Assembly: GCA_021846045.1 (NCBI GenBank)
Contig: JAJZCM010000002.1
Location: 16,585-80,584 of the forward strand
Direction: 5' to 3'
DNA: 64,000 bases
Origin: a bacterium
GTDB taxonomy: Bacteria; Elusimicrobiota; Elusimicrobia; UBA1565; UBA9628
Both the position numbers and the translations under genes were made by a program. Shown piece by piece: positions 17,869 to 27,806 of this stretch. Positions within the stretch are counted from its first letter, which is position 1. Every line of letters starts with the position of its first letter. The notes below the pieces were generated by a model. The model was not told the DNA's origin, did no database searches, and saw nothing but the letters and a program-made list of their open reading frames with translations.

Positions 17869-18156
17869 GCTGATGCCCTTCGTTGTTCCAGCGGGGTTTG
17901 CCGCCAATGCGGAACTGGGAGCGCCTCATACGTTAAAGAACTGAAGGGACGACTGGAACTTCACTTCTTGCCGGGGTACGCGCCGGAACTCAACCCTGAC
18001 GAATTCGTGTGGAACTACGTCAAGAACGAAGGCGTCAGCAAGAAGCCGTTGAAGCGCAACGAGTCGCTTCGGCGGCGTGTCGAAAGCGATCTCGCTGGCA
18101 TCAAGCGTCGGCCCGCGCTGGTACGATCATTCTTCGGAGCGCCAAGTGTATCCTAT
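17869..18156 (+). pseudogene. IS630-family (DDE_3) transposase C-terminal remnant
   Basis: LELHFLPGYAPELNPDEFVWNYVKNEG matches the IS630 C-terminal LPPYSPELNP motif. No intact transposase or inverted repeats. Confidence 0.6.
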
Positions 18157-18180
18157 ACCAAGGACTGATTAGTAACAACC

Positions 18181-18531
18181 TCAGCCGTATTTGTATTTTA
18201 CGCCCATGCCGCCTTCGGGCCAATCACAGACGACATTATCAAAAGGGCACAGCATCCGGCATCCGCCGCACTCAATGCAGTTCTCGTAGTTGACGATGAT
18301 TGAATTTTTTTCTCCGTGCCATTCGTAAACCTTGGCTGGACAAACCGTGACACAGGTTTTATCCTTGCACTGGGTGACGCAGGGGGAATCGGAGGAAGAG
18401 TCTTTTAGCTGAATGTGAGGGGTTGGCGATTTTTTCCACTCAAGAGTTCCGAGCTTGGTTTCGGTCGTTTCCTTGATGGCGGTGGCGAGTTTATTTTCTT
18501 CCATTAGATTCCAACCTTTCTGAGCGGCCAC
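18181..18531 (-). CDS. fixX: ferredoxin-like protein FixX
   Basis: CIECGGCRMLCP and CVTVCPAKVYEW motifs. 28-nt overlap with fixC upstream. Confidence 0.75.
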   Translation of the reverse strand: MAAQKGWNLMEENKLATAIKETTETKLGTLEWKKSPTPHIQLKDSSSDSPCVTQCKDKTCVTVCPAKVYEWHGEKNSIIVNYENCIECGGCRMLCPFDNVVCDWPEGGMGVKYKYG

Positions 18532-19799
18532 AGATCCTTGGCGATTCTAAAAAACCCGCGTTTCCCCACGAGTTTAAGCGCCTCTTTTAAATGGCCCTTT
18601 TTGGGCTGGCCGTCGGCGGAAAAACGCAGATGCGCCAAATCGCAGGCCAGTTTCGGATAGAATTCCAGGAAGCCCTGGCTTTTTTCAACCGCGTCTTCTA
18701 AATCCTTGACCTCTTCCATATCCTGGAGAACGTAGCTTTTCTTGAGCTTTTGAACGTAGGTAGAAAGAGAATTCTTGGAAAAATCATTTTTTTTCTTGGC
18801 TTCGATGACGGTTTCTCCCGCCAGTTTGCCTGAGGTCATCGCAAGATTAGATCCTTCCCGGTAGGCGGGGTTGGTCATCTGAGCCGCGTCTCCGGCGACT
18901 AAAAACCCGTCTGCGGCTAGGGGGGGCATGGATTTCAGCCCACCTTCGGGGATCAAATGGGCGGAATACTCGAGAGTTTTTCCGCCGGAAATCAGCTTTT
19001 TAATCAAAGGATGGGTTTTAACATACTCGAGATGATCGGACGGGCGGATGTTTTTCTTTTGATAATCCGAAAATTTGCATCCAACGCCGAGGGAAAGGCT
19101 TTCTTTATTGGTGTAGAGAAAAACGTATCCCATCATGCCGAGAGTCGTGGCCCCGAACATTTCCATGGTTGAGCCCTCGCCAGCGTTCAGCTGAAAGCGG
19201 TCTTCGATAATCTTGGGGTCGAGCGCGATGACTTCCTTGGCGCCCAAGGCAACTTCTGCGGGCTTGAGTTCATCGATAAAGCCCGCTTTTTGGGCGATGA
19301 TTGAATTAACGCCGTCAGCCGCGATGACAACCGAGGCCCGAAGCTCGTCTCCCTCGGAGGTCTTGATGCCGACGATTTTCCCGTTTTCCTTGATTACGTC
19401 TTTGACGGTGACGCCGCAGAAAACCTCGGCTCCCGCTTCTTCCGCTTTTTGAGCGTACCAGCGGTCGAATTTTACGCGGATGATGGTGTAGCAGTTAGGG
19501 ATACCCTCAAGAAATTTAAGCGAGCGATAAGCCGTCGTGACCCAGGAATCCTCGGTCGTGATGCATATCTTCTGCTCAACGACCGGACGCTCGACCGGAG
19601 CATTTTCTTCTTTCCAAAAATTGGGAACAATTTCATGGAGCATCTTGGAATAAAGAACGGCGCCTTGGACGTTCTTGGCTCCGGGATATTCTCCCCGTTC
19701 CAGGACGACGACTTTAAGACCCGCGCGGGCCATCGTGATCGCCGAAGAAAGGCCGGCCGGGCCGGCTCCGACTACGAGCGCATCATATTCGTCGGCCAT
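18504..19799 (-). CDS. fixC: electron-transfer flavoprotein-quinone oxidoreductase FixC
   Basis: N-terminal FAD fold DALVVGAGPAGLSSA. Length and FixX partner typical of FixC. Confidence 0.75.
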   Translation of the reverse strand: MADEYDALVVGAGPAGLSSAITMARAGLKVVVLERGEYPGAKNVQGAVLYSKMLHEIVPNFWKEENAPVERPVVEQKICITTEDSWVTTAYRSLKFLEGIPNCYTIIRVKFDRWYAQKAEEAGAEVFCGVTVKDVIKENGKIVGIKTSEGDELRASVVIAADGVNSIIAQKAGFIDELKPAEVALGAKEVIALDPKIIEDRFQLNAGEGSTMEMFGATTLGMMGYVFLYTNKESLSLGVGCKFSDYQKKNIRPSDHLEYVKTHPLIKKLISGGKTLEYSAHLIPEGGLKSMPPLAADGFLVAGDAAQMTNPAYREGSNLAMTSGKLAGETVIEAKKKNDFSKNSLSTYVQKLKKSYVLQDMEEVKDLEDAVEKSQGFLEFYPKLACDLAHLRFSADGQPKKGHLKEALKLVGKRGFFRIAKDLWPLRKVGI

Positions 19800-19801
19800 G
19801 G

Positions 19802-20176
19802 CTATGGCGTCGCTTGTCCGACCGCTTTTTGAGCTTGAGAAACCAGTGCGTCAACATCGCAAGGCTTGGTCATGAAGGAAACGACTTGGGGAAACTTCTG
19901 AAAGAGGGGCTTTGAAGGCTCAAGGGCGGTTAAAATGATGACTGGGAGCGTTTTAGTTTCGGGGTTTTCCGCGATTTGTTGTCCCAAGGAATATCCATCG
20001 ATGCCCGGAAGCATCACATCCAAAATGAGAAGATCCGGCTTATGGGTGGAGATGGCGGCGAGGGCTTGCTTGCCGCTGTCACAGGTCGCGGTCTTAAAAC
20101 CGGCCTTTTCAAGGGCGTAAGAAATCATTTTAAGCATTTCGGGATCATCATCAATAATAAGAACTTTCTTTTCCAT
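19802..20176 (-). CDS. single-domain response regulator (CheY-like receiver)
   Basis: LIIDDDPEML...KPDLLILDVMLPGIDGYSL receiver motifs. 124 aa. Confidence 0.8.
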   Translation of the reverse strand: MEKKVLIIDDDPEMLKMISYALEKAGFKTATCDSGKQALAAISTHKPDLLILDVMLPGIDGYSLGQQIAENPETKTLPVIILTALEPSKPLFQKFPQVVSFMTKPCDVDALVSQAQKAVGQATP

Positions 20177-20233
20177 ATTTCTAAGCTATAAATTACGCAT
20201 CTAGGCTGTCAATGATGCGCTATAACTACTCAT

Positions 20234-20365
20234 GTCACCCCGACGAAAGTCGGGGTCCAGGTTTCTAACTGGCCGTTTTCCTTCGGAATCTGGAAACGGC
20301 GCTTCCTCGCGTTATCGCTCGGTCGGATTCCGGCTTTCGCCGGAATTACGAACCTGAGCAGTTAC
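20234..20365 (+). repeat. REP-like two-hairpin repeat element, copy R1 (longest, with internal extra hairpin)
   Basis: GTCACCCCGACGAAAGTCGGGGTCCAG ... GATTCCGGCTTTCGCCGGAATTACGAACCTGAGCAGTTAC. Related copies at 43807-43888 and 54491-54556. Confidence 0.8.
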
Positions 20366-20410
20366 GATACGCTATACTATGCTGAGCTGAAAAGGGCAAA
20401 GGATTATTCC

Positions 20411-21739
20411 ATGAATGATATTAAAGACACAGGCGAAACGTTGGAGGCGGCGGGAAAAATTGTCCAAAATTTCAATGAAACGGCGGCCTTGCCTTCTTAC
20501 GCGAGAGCCGACATTCTGCAAAAAATTTCGGGGAAGATAGCGGGTTTGTCCGAAGATTTTGCGCGCCTCATCTGCGAAGAAGTCAAAAAACCCATAAAAG
20601 AATCGCGGCGAGAGGTCGCGCGCGCGGTTTTCACTTTTAATTGGGCGGCCGAGGAAGCGAAACGTTTCGGCGGAGAAGTGTTGCCGCTGGATTTAGACGC
20701 GTCCAGCGCCGGGCGTTTGGCTTTAACCCGTCGTTTCCCTCGGGGGCCGGCGCTCTTGATCTCTCCTTTTAATTTTCCGCTCAATCTTGTCGCCCATAAG
20801 GTGGCGCCGGCGATTGCCTTAGGAATTCCTTTTGTTCTTAAACCCGCTCCTCAGGCTCCCAAAACCGCTCAAAAATTAATGAAAATTATTTTTGAATCGG
20901 ACTGGCCCAAGGGCGCCGCTGCGGCGCTGCCCTGCTCAAATGAAGTGGCGGAGAAACTGGTCCAGAGCGATTTGTTTTCCATTCTTTCCTTTACCGGAAG
21001 CGCCGCAGTCGGATGGAAATTAAAATCCTTGTCCGGAAAAAAACGCGTGGTTTTGGAATTGGGCGGGACCGCTCCTCTTTACATTGATGAAAAAGCCGAT
21101 TTGGCGTTCGCGGCCAAAAGGACGGCGTGGGGGGCCTTTTATTACAGCGGACAGGTTTGTATTTCCGTCCAGAAAATTTTTGCGGCCGCGCCTTGTTATG
21201 AGAGTTTTAAAGAGTTGCTGCTTAAGGAAATAGCGGATTTAAAATTGGGAGATCCGGCGGATGAAAATACCGATATCGGCCCCTTGATTGATAAAAAATC
21301 CGAAGAGCGCGTTGAAAATTGGGTTTCGGAAGCGGTCGCGGGGGGCGCGCGGGTTTTATTTGGCGGGAAACGGCTTGATGGAGTTTTTATGCCGACATTA
21401 ATTGAAAACGCGCCTCAAAGTTGCAAACTGAATTGCGAGGAAGTTTTCGGCCCCGTGGCGACTCTCGAAAAAGTCTCGAATTCCGAAGAGGCGCTTAGGA
21501 AAATGTCGGAAGGCGCCTACGGACTTCAGGCAGGAATTTTCACCAACGATTTGAATCTAGCCGTTCAATCTTGGACAACGCTTCCCCATGGGGGCGTGAT
21601 TATTAACGATATTCCGGCCTTTCGCTCGGATGTAATGCCTTACGGAGGAAACAAGGATTCCGGCTCCGGGAGGGAAGGCGTACGCTATGCGATGGAGGAA
21701 TATTCGGAACTCAAGACGCTGGTGCTCAACCCTCAATAG
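20411..21739 (+). CDS. NAD(P)-dependent aldehyde dehydrogenase family protein
   Basis: ELGG motif (VLELGGTAP) and catalytic Cys region GQVCISVQKIF. Confidence 0.8.
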   Translation: MNDIKDTGETLEAAGKIVQNFNETAALPSYARADILQKISGKIAGLSEDFARLICEEVKKPIKESRREVARAVFTFNWAAEEAKRFGGEVLPLDLDASSAGRLALTRRFPRGPALLISPFNFPLNLVAHKVAPAIALGIPFVLKPAPQAPKTAQKLMKIIFESDWPKGAAAALPCSNEVAEKLVQSDLFSILSFTGSAAVGWKLKSLSGKKRVVLELGGTAPLYIDEKADLAFAAKRTAWGAFYYSGQVCISVQKIFAAAPCYESFKELLLKEIADLKLGDPADENTDIGPLIDKKSEERVENWVSEAVAGGARVLFGGKRLDGVFMPTLIENAPQSCKLNCEEVFGPVATLEKVSNSEEALRKMSEGAYGLQAGIFTNDLNLAVQSWTTLPHGGVIINDIPAFRSDVMPYGGNKDSGSGREGVRYAMEEYSELKTLVLNPQ

Positions 21740-21745
21740 GGGTCC

Positions 21746-22744
21746 TTATTTTTTCCTGTAATCGGCGGGAATTGAGAAATTATTCCCGGCAATGGGCGTG
21801 AGTTTAATTGAGGAGACGACCGTCTTCATCGACATCAAGGGCGAAGTTCCATTGGGGTTTGCGGCTTGTACAAGTCCTTGAAGGAGATTCTTAGTTGCGG
21901 CGGGGATACCGGCCGGGAGTTGTGAAACGTCGAGGCTTCCCGGGGCGGAGGCCTTTTGGGATTTTTGCCTTGGGAAAGAAGTATACCAATCGCTTTCCAT
22001 TTCTATCGGGAAACCCGGCAACTCGGACATCTTTTTTCTAAATTCAGCAATCCCCTTGGTGAGCGCCGTTCCGGTCTCCCCGTTATAATGGGTCATGGAC
22101 TTAAGCATTTCAAGGCCGAGTGGCTGAGCTCCAATTTGGGCGGATTGTCCCCCCGTTTTCCGAAGGTAAAGGGAGTTGAAGGCTTCGATTTCCCGATGGG
22201 CTTTCCGTAGGGTTAAAGTCCAGGGCGCGACCCAAAATTTCAGCTTAACCTTGAAAGTGGAAATTTGTTTGTTGGTGGTGTTTTCCAATTTCATGGTAAA
22301 TGTTGCGTTGTAAAGGCGGGTTTTAAAACCATTAATGGTTTTTCGTATCTTTGAAGGAGTCATCCTAAAAGAAGTTCCTTTCAGTTGGACCGGAATGTGG
22401 TCCATATTCGGCGGCTTGGATGGATGGGGAGCCAGAGGCGCTTCGATATAGGTACGGTTTTCCGGGTTCAATATCCATCTTTTTCCTTCATCAAGGCGGA
22501 TGAGGTCTATCTTGCGTTTAGGCCCTGCCGTTCCACCCATTAAAGCCATCATGGGGCCGGAAAAATTTTGAGAGGAGTCAATGGAAGAGTCGCTCCCTTT
22601 GATTTTTTGGACGGTTTCTCCGTTGGTTGCTCCGATTCCCATGAAGCCGCTAGTTTGATATTTCTCGCTGATTTGAACATCGGCCTTTAGAGCTGAGGGA
22701 AAAAACAATGTCAAGAAAACCAGAAGGGCGGTGAATGTATTCAT
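21746..22744 (-). CDS. secreted hypothetical protein
   Basis: Signal peptide MNTFTALLVFLTLFFPSALKA at an internal Met. No recognisable domain. Confidence 0.45.
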   Translation of the reverse strand: MNTFTALLVFLTLFFPSALKADVQISEKYQTSGFMGIGATNGETVQKIKGSDSSIDSSQNFSGPMMALMGGTAGPKRKIDLIRLDEGKRWILNPENRTYIEAPLAPHPSKPPNMDHIPVQLKGTSFRMTPSKIRKTINGFKTRLYNATFTMKLENTTNKQISTFKVKLKFWVAPWTLTLRKAHREIEAFNSLYLRKTGGQSAQIGAQPLGLEMLKSMTHYNGETGTALTKGIAEFRKKMSELPGFPIEMESDWYTSFPRQKSQKASAPGSLDVSQLPAGIPAATKNLLQGLVQAANPNGTSPLMSMKTVVSSIKLTPIAGNNFSIPADYRKK

Positions 22745-24093
22745 GAGTTGGCCGAGTTGTTGAGTTGGCTTTCCAAGGGAGACAAAATAGTCATGCGGTG
22801 CCTGGCCCGGCGCCTTCTCCACCAAGAGGCGGGGTCATACCAATGTCCCGGATAGGCGAGATATCTTTGATAAAGCTTTTCCGCGCGGGCCGGATCTTTC
22901 GTTTTTTCATAACAAAGTCCGGCCGCTTTGTAGAGGGCAATCGGCGCTTGCCGGCTTTGGGAAAAGGCGTCGGCAAAAGAGACGAGAAAAGAAACCTCGC
23001 TGGAAAAGTCCGACAGTTCTCTTGAGGCCTTGATCGCGTTTTCAAAGGCGGATTTCGAAGCGGGAGTATTGGGGTAGAGTTTGATAATTTGTTGGTCGGT
23101 TTTAATCGCCAAAGTCCACTGATCCAATTTTGAGAAGAGAGCGCTTAAGGACTCCAAGGAGGATTGAACTTTATCGCTTTGCGGATAATCGGCGATGAGC
23201 TTTTGATAGATGCCGATGGCGTTTTTATAATTCCCGATTTTTTTGTAGAGATGCGCGGCCTGGAACTCGGCTTTGGGGGCATAAACGCTTTCCGGATAGG
23301 CCGAAAAAATTTCCCGGAAGAAAATAATGGCTTTGCGCCTTTGCGAATCCGCCGCGAGCAATTGCGCCAGGCTCATTAAAATGGCGTCGGATTGTGGATA
23401 GCGGGGAAAGCGAACCTCAAATCTCCTAAATTCCCGCGCGGACGCTTTCCTTAAAGAGCCTCCGGTGTATTGTGGAATGTTCTCAAGCAGCGAAGCCAGG
23501 CGCTCTTCTTTGCTGGCCCCTTGAGGGGGATTGCTCAAATTTTGCCAATTCGGTTTTAATTTTCGTCCCAATGTTTTTTCCGCCAAGGTTAGGAAACTGG
23601 ATTGCGCTTCCAGAACTTCGGAAGATTTCGGATATTCGTAGATCAGGCATAAATAATCCAGCAGGGCTTTTTTATTTTGTTTGGCCGCTTGGTGAAAAGA
23701 AGCCAATAGCAGCCATGCTTTAGGAGCTTTTGGGAAATTCGGATTCGCGGCGATGAAAAAACTCATGGCATTGGCCAGGGCGGACGCCTCTTTTTTATTT
23801 CGTGGAGAGGGCTCGGAACTGAGAAACCTCCATTCCGTTTCCTTGTCGAAAGTCTTGCCGGCGCTTTTCTCTGAGGCGGAAGAGTCTACGCGAAGGCTGG
23901 TATGGCTCACGTCCGGGCGTTTCTTGTGCGGTTTTTCTTGCGGAGCGGGTTGAACAGGGGGGGCGCTTGAAGAAGATGGGGAATCCGTCGCCGTCGTTTC
24001 TTGTGCGGGCAATAGATGCGGAGTAAAGATAAGTCCGGCTAGGGACAAGATAAAGAGATTTTTGACTCGCTTAAAAGGCAGTTTGTTTGTCAT
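22741..24093 (-). CDS. secreted tetratricopeptide-repeat protein (BamD/YbgF-like)
   Basis: Signal peptide, Pro/Ser-rich linker, multiple TPR-like helical repeats (AIGIYQKLIADYPQSDKV...). Confidence 0.55.
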   Translation of the reverse strand: MTNKLPFKRVKNLFILSLAGLIFTPHLLPAQETTATDSPSSSSAPPVQPAPQEKPHKKRPDVSHTSLRVDSSASEKSAGKTFDKETEWRFLSSEPSPRNKKEASALANAMSFFIAANPNFPKAPKAWLLLASFHQAAKQNKKALLDYLCLIYEYPKSSEVLEAQSSFLTLAEKTLGRKLKPNWQNLSNPPQGASKEERLASLLENIPQYTGGSLRKASAREFRRFEVRFPRYPQSDAILMSLAQLLAADSQRRKAIIFFREIFSAYPESVYAPKAEFQAAHLYKKIGNYKNAIGIYQKLIADYPQSDKVQSSLESLSALFSKLDQWTLAIKTDQQIIKLYPNTPASKSAFENAIKASRELSDFSSEVSFLVSFADAFSQSRQAPIALYKAAGLCYEKTKDPARAEKLYQRYLAYPGHWYDPASWWRRRRARHRMTILSPLESQLNNSANS

Positions 24094-24188
24094 AATATGA
24101 ATATAGCTTAATTTTCCCCCATTTTAATCAGATTTCCCATCGGCAAAAATAACTTGAGTGTTTTTATCATGTATGCTATACTTATTAT

Positions 24189-25637
24189 ATGGCGAATGGA
24201 AAACCCGATGTCCTCAACCAGATTACCGAGCGCGAATATCAATACGGCTTTGTTTCTGATATCGAGGCTGATCAAGTTCCCAAAGGCCTTAGCGAAGACG
24301 TCATTGGCCTGATTTCGCAAAAGAAAAAAGAGCCGTCTTTCCTTCTTGAATTTCGCTTAAAGGCCTATCGCTATTGGCTGAAAATGAAGGAGCCTCAATG
24401 GGCCAACGTCCATTACCCGGCGATCAATTATCAGGATATCGTCTATTATTCAGCGCCGAAACCCAAGAAAAAGCTCGCCAGCATGGATGAGGTGGACCCC
24501 GAGATTCGGAAAACCTTTGAAAAACTGGGCATTCCCCTGGAAGAGCAGAAAATGCTCTCCAACGTTGCGGTTGATGCTGTTTTTGACTCGGTTTCGGTCG
24601 CGACAACCTTTAAAAAAACCTTATCAGATGCCGGCGTCATCTTTTGCCCTTTTTCGGAAGCCGCAATTGAACATCCCGACTTGGTTGAAAAATATCTGGG
24701 TTCGGTCGTTCCTTACACTGACAATTTTTTTGCCGCGCTTAATTCCGCCGTGTTTTCGGATGGCTCTTTCTGCTACATTCCAAAAGGCGTGCGCTGTCCG
24801 ATGGAGCTTTCAACCTACTTCCGAATCAACGCGAAGGAAACCGGGCAATTCGAACGGACATTGATCGTCGCTGAGGAAGGGGCTTCGGTTTCTTATCTGG
24901 AAGGCTGCACCGCCCCGATGCGGGATGAAAACCAGCTTCATGCCGCGATCGTCGAACTCGTCGCCTTGGACAACGCCCAAATCAAATATTCGACCATTCA
25001 AAATTGGTATCCCGGCGATAAAAATGGGAAAGGCGGCATTTATAATTTCGTGACCAAACGCGGGAAGTGCCAGGGGAAAAATTCCAAAATTTCTTGGACG
25101 CAAGTGGAGACGGGTTCCGCGATTACCTGGAAGTATCCCAGCTGTCTTTTGTTGGGAGATAATTCCGTTGGGGAATTTTATTCGGTGGCCTTGGCCAACC
25201 ATTATCAGCAAGCCGATACCGGAACGAAGATGATTCATGTCGGAAAAAACACCAAGAGCACGATTATCTCAAAAGGCATCTCCGCCGGACACGGGCAAAA
25301 CACCTATCGGGGGCTGGTTAAAATTGCCAAGGGAGCTAAATCGAGCCGCAATTATTCCCAATGCGATTCGCTTTTGATGAGCAATCAGTGCGGGGCGCAT
25401 ACCTTCCCAAGTTTGGAAGTGGGAAATACCTCGTCCCAAGTTGAACACGAGGCCACGACTTCAAAAATCGGGGAAGATCAGCTTTTCTATCTTAGAAGCC
25501 GGGGTCTCTCGGCTGAAGACGCGGTGGGGCTCATCGTCAATGGCTTTTGCAAGGAAGTTTTTCAAGAGTTGCCGATTGAGTTTGCGGTGGAGGCTCATAA
25601 GCTTTTAAGCATCAGTCTTGAAGGCGCGGTGGGATAA
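24189..25637 (+). CDS. sufB: Fe-S cluster assembly protein SufB
   Basis: 482 aa, SufB-specific conserved blocks. Followed by sufC and sufD. Confidence 0.9.
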   Translation: MANGKPDVLNQITEREYQYGFVSDIEADQVPKGLSEDVIGLISQKKKEPSFLLEFRLKAYRYWLKMKEPQWANVHYPAINYQDIVYYSAPKPKKKLASMDEVDPEIRKTFEKLGIPLEEQKMLSNVAVDAVFDSVSVATTFKKTLSDAGVIFCPFSEAAIEHPDLVEKYLGSVVPYTDNFFAALNSAVFSDGSFCYIPKGVRCPMELSTYFRINAKETGQFERTLIVAEEGASVSYLEGCTAPMRDENQLHAAIVELVALDNAQIKYSTIQNWYPGDKNGKGGIYNFVTKRGKCQGKNSKISWTQVETGSAITWKYPSCLLLGDNSVGEFYSVALANHYQQADTGTKMIHVGKNTKSTIISKGISAGHGQNTYRGLVKIAKGAKSSRNYSQCDSLLMSNQCGAHTFPSLEVGNTSSQVEHEATTSKIGEDQLFYLRSRGLSAEDAVGLIVNGFCKEVFQELPIEFAVEAHKLLSISLEGAVG

Positions 25638-25650
25638 GAGGAGAAAATTC

Positions 25651-26412
25651 ATGCTAGAAATTAAAGATTTGTGCGCAAAAATCGGAGATAAACAAATTTT
25701 GAAGGGAATTAATCTCACCATCAAACCCGGAGAGGTTCATGCAATCATGGGGCCGAACGGTTCCGGAAAAAGCACCTTGTCCTATATCTTGGCCGGGCGG
25801 GAAGGCTATGAGGTGACGGAGGGCCGGGTTCTTTATGAAGGGAAGGATTTGCTTTCAATGCCGACCGAAGTCAGAAGCCGAGAAGGCGTTTTCCTTGCGT
25901 TTCAATATCCGGTTGAAATTCACGGGGTGACCAATAAATATTTTCTTAAGGCCGCCGTCAATGCGAAACTTAAACATCAGGGAAAACCTGAAATGAGCGC
26001 GGGACAGTTTCTCTCTTTTGTGAAAGAAAAGGCGAAATTTGTCGAGACAGATGAGGCTCTTTTAAGCCGGCAGGTCAACGCCGGTTTTTCCGGTGGAGAG
26101 AAAAAAAGAAATGAAATTCTTCAGATGGCGGCCTTGGAGCCTAAATTGGCCATTTTGGATGAGACCGATTCGGGTTTAGACATCGATGCCCTTAAAATCG
26201 TCTCTCACGGCATCAATGCGATGAGAAGCCCTCAGAGGTCATTTTTGGTCATCACCCATTATCAGCGCCTTTTGGACTATGTCGTTCCTGATTTTGTCCA
26301 TGTCTTGTTGGGTGGGCGCATCATTCGTTCCGGCGGCAAGGAATTGGCGCATCAGCTTGAGAAAGAAGGTTATGCGTGGGCCAAGGAAGAATTTGTGGGA
26401 GGGAAAGCGTGA
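25651..26412 (+). CDS. sufC: Fe-S cluster assembly ATPase SufC
   Basis: Walker A GPNGSGKST, ABC signature FSGGEKKR, Walker B ILDETDSG. Confidence 0.9.
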   Translation: MLEIKDLCAKIGDKQILKGINLTIKPGEVHAIMGPNGSGKSTLSYILAGREGYEVTEGRVLYEGKDLLSMPTEVRSREGVFLAFQYPVEIHGVTNKYFLKAAVNAKLKHQGKPEMSAGQFLSFVKEKAKFVETDEALLSRQVNAGFSGGEKKRNEILQMAALEPKLAILDETDSGLDIDALKIVSHGINAMRSPQRSFLVITHYQRLLDYVVPDFVHVLLGGRIIRSGGKELAHQLEKEGYAWAKEEFVGGKA

Positions 26413-27806
26413 AGGAAGCGGTCTTGGAAAAATCTCCGCTTGCGCTTGAGTTTGAGCAATCTTTTCCTCATTTGCCCGCCGGAGATGTCCCGTGGGTTGA
26501 GCGCATGAGAAAGCGCTCCTTTGAGCGTTTTGCCCAAACAGGGTTTCCCGATGAGAAAACTCCTGGGTGGAAGTTTTTTCCCGCTTCCAAAATCCAGGAG
26601 ACCCCTTGGAAGCTCTTTGAGTTTCCTGTAAGCGCCCGGGCTTCGGACTTGAGAAATTCCCCGCTTTTTGCCCAAGAAGATTGTTTGCCGCTTTCATTTT
26701 TAAATGGATATTATCTTCCCGATCTCCAGGGTCCTCATTCGGAGGGCTTTGTCGCCGCAAATCTTTCCGCTCTTTTAAAAAATAATCCGGAGCGGTTTGA
26801 AAATTTTTGGGGGCATCGCCCAGTTGGCGGCTTGGGGGCTTTTGAGGCTTTAAACGGGGCTTTCTTTCAAGACGGTTCGGCGATCGTTTTGCCGCAGGGA
26901 TTTATCTCCCCCAAGCCCATTCATCTCTTCTTTTTTAATCGGCCTTCAAATCATGCTTCGATGACGCATCCTCTTAATTTAATCGCGCTGGGGCCTCGCT
27001 CTAAGGCGGTCATTGTCCAGGAATATGCCGGAGAAGATGGGGTTTGTTTGACCAATGCAGTGACTGAGATTTTTCTCGATGAGGGCGCACAACTGGATTT
27101 GATTGTCATTGAGAGAGAAGGCGCCGGAGCGTTTCATCTGGAGTCCATCGCCGTTCATCAAGCATCTCACAGCCGCTTTTCCGCCTCCTCAGTTTTTATG
27201 GGCGAATCTTCTTCCCGCCAAGAGTTGGAAGTCGAACTTGAGGGAGAAAATGCCGAGTGCGCCGTCAACGGTCTTTACCGTTCAAATGGGGATCAAAGTA
27301 AAAATATCAAGACCGCTATCACTCATTCAAAGCCGCATACCAGAAGCGTTGAACTCTACAAAGGGATTTTAGACGAACGGGGAAAAGCGGCCTTTGAGGG
27401 TTTGATCGCGGTAAAACCCGAGGCGCAAAAAACTGATGCGAGCCTCTACAATAAAAACCTCATTCTTTCGGAAGAGGCCCAAGTTCACACCAGTCCCGAA
27501 TTTAAAATCGAGGCCGATGATGTTCGCTGCAAGCATGGTTCGGCGATAGGACAAATGGACACAAACGCGCTTTTCTATTTGAAAAGCCGCGGCTTTGGCG
27601 ATAAAGAGGCGCGGGAAGCCCTTCTCTACGCGTTTCAAAGCGAGATTATCAGCGCTATTCCCGTGGAAGGCATTCGCTTGGCGGTGTTGGACATTCTGTC
27701 CAACTGCGTTCCTTACTCGCAAAGCGAGAGCGTGCCGAATCATCTTCAGGAAGGGCGTTATGATTCGGCGAAATCCGGATTGGAGGGGTCTTCCGATGGG
27801 CTTTGA
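26376..27806 (+). CDS. sufD: Fe-S cluster assembly protein SufD
   Basis: SufB/D-family C-terminal beta-helix region. The exact start is uncertain because it overlaps the sufC end. Confidence 0.8.
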   Translation: MGQGRICGRESVKEAVLEKSPLALEFEQSFPHLPAGDVPWVERMRKRSFERFAQTGFPDEKTPGWKFFPASKIQETPWKLFEFPVSARASDLRNSPLFAQEDCLPLSFLNGYYLPDLQGPHSEGFVAANLSALLKNNPERFENFWGHRPVGGLGAFEALNGAFFQDGSAIVLPQGFISPKPIHLFFFNRPSNHASMTHPLNLIALGPRSKAVIVQEYAGEDGVCLTNAVTEIFLDEGAQLDLIVIEREGAGAFHLESIAVHQASHSRFSASSVFMGESSSRQELEVELEGENAECAVNGLYRSNGDQSKNIKTAITHSKPHTRSVELYKGILDERGKAAFEGLIAVKPEAQKTDASLYNKNLILSEEAQVHTSPEFKIEADDVRCKHGSAIGQMDTNALFYLKSRGFGDKEAREALLYAFQSEIISAIPVEGIRLAVLDILSNCVPYSQSESVPNHLQEGRYDSAKSGLEGSSDGL

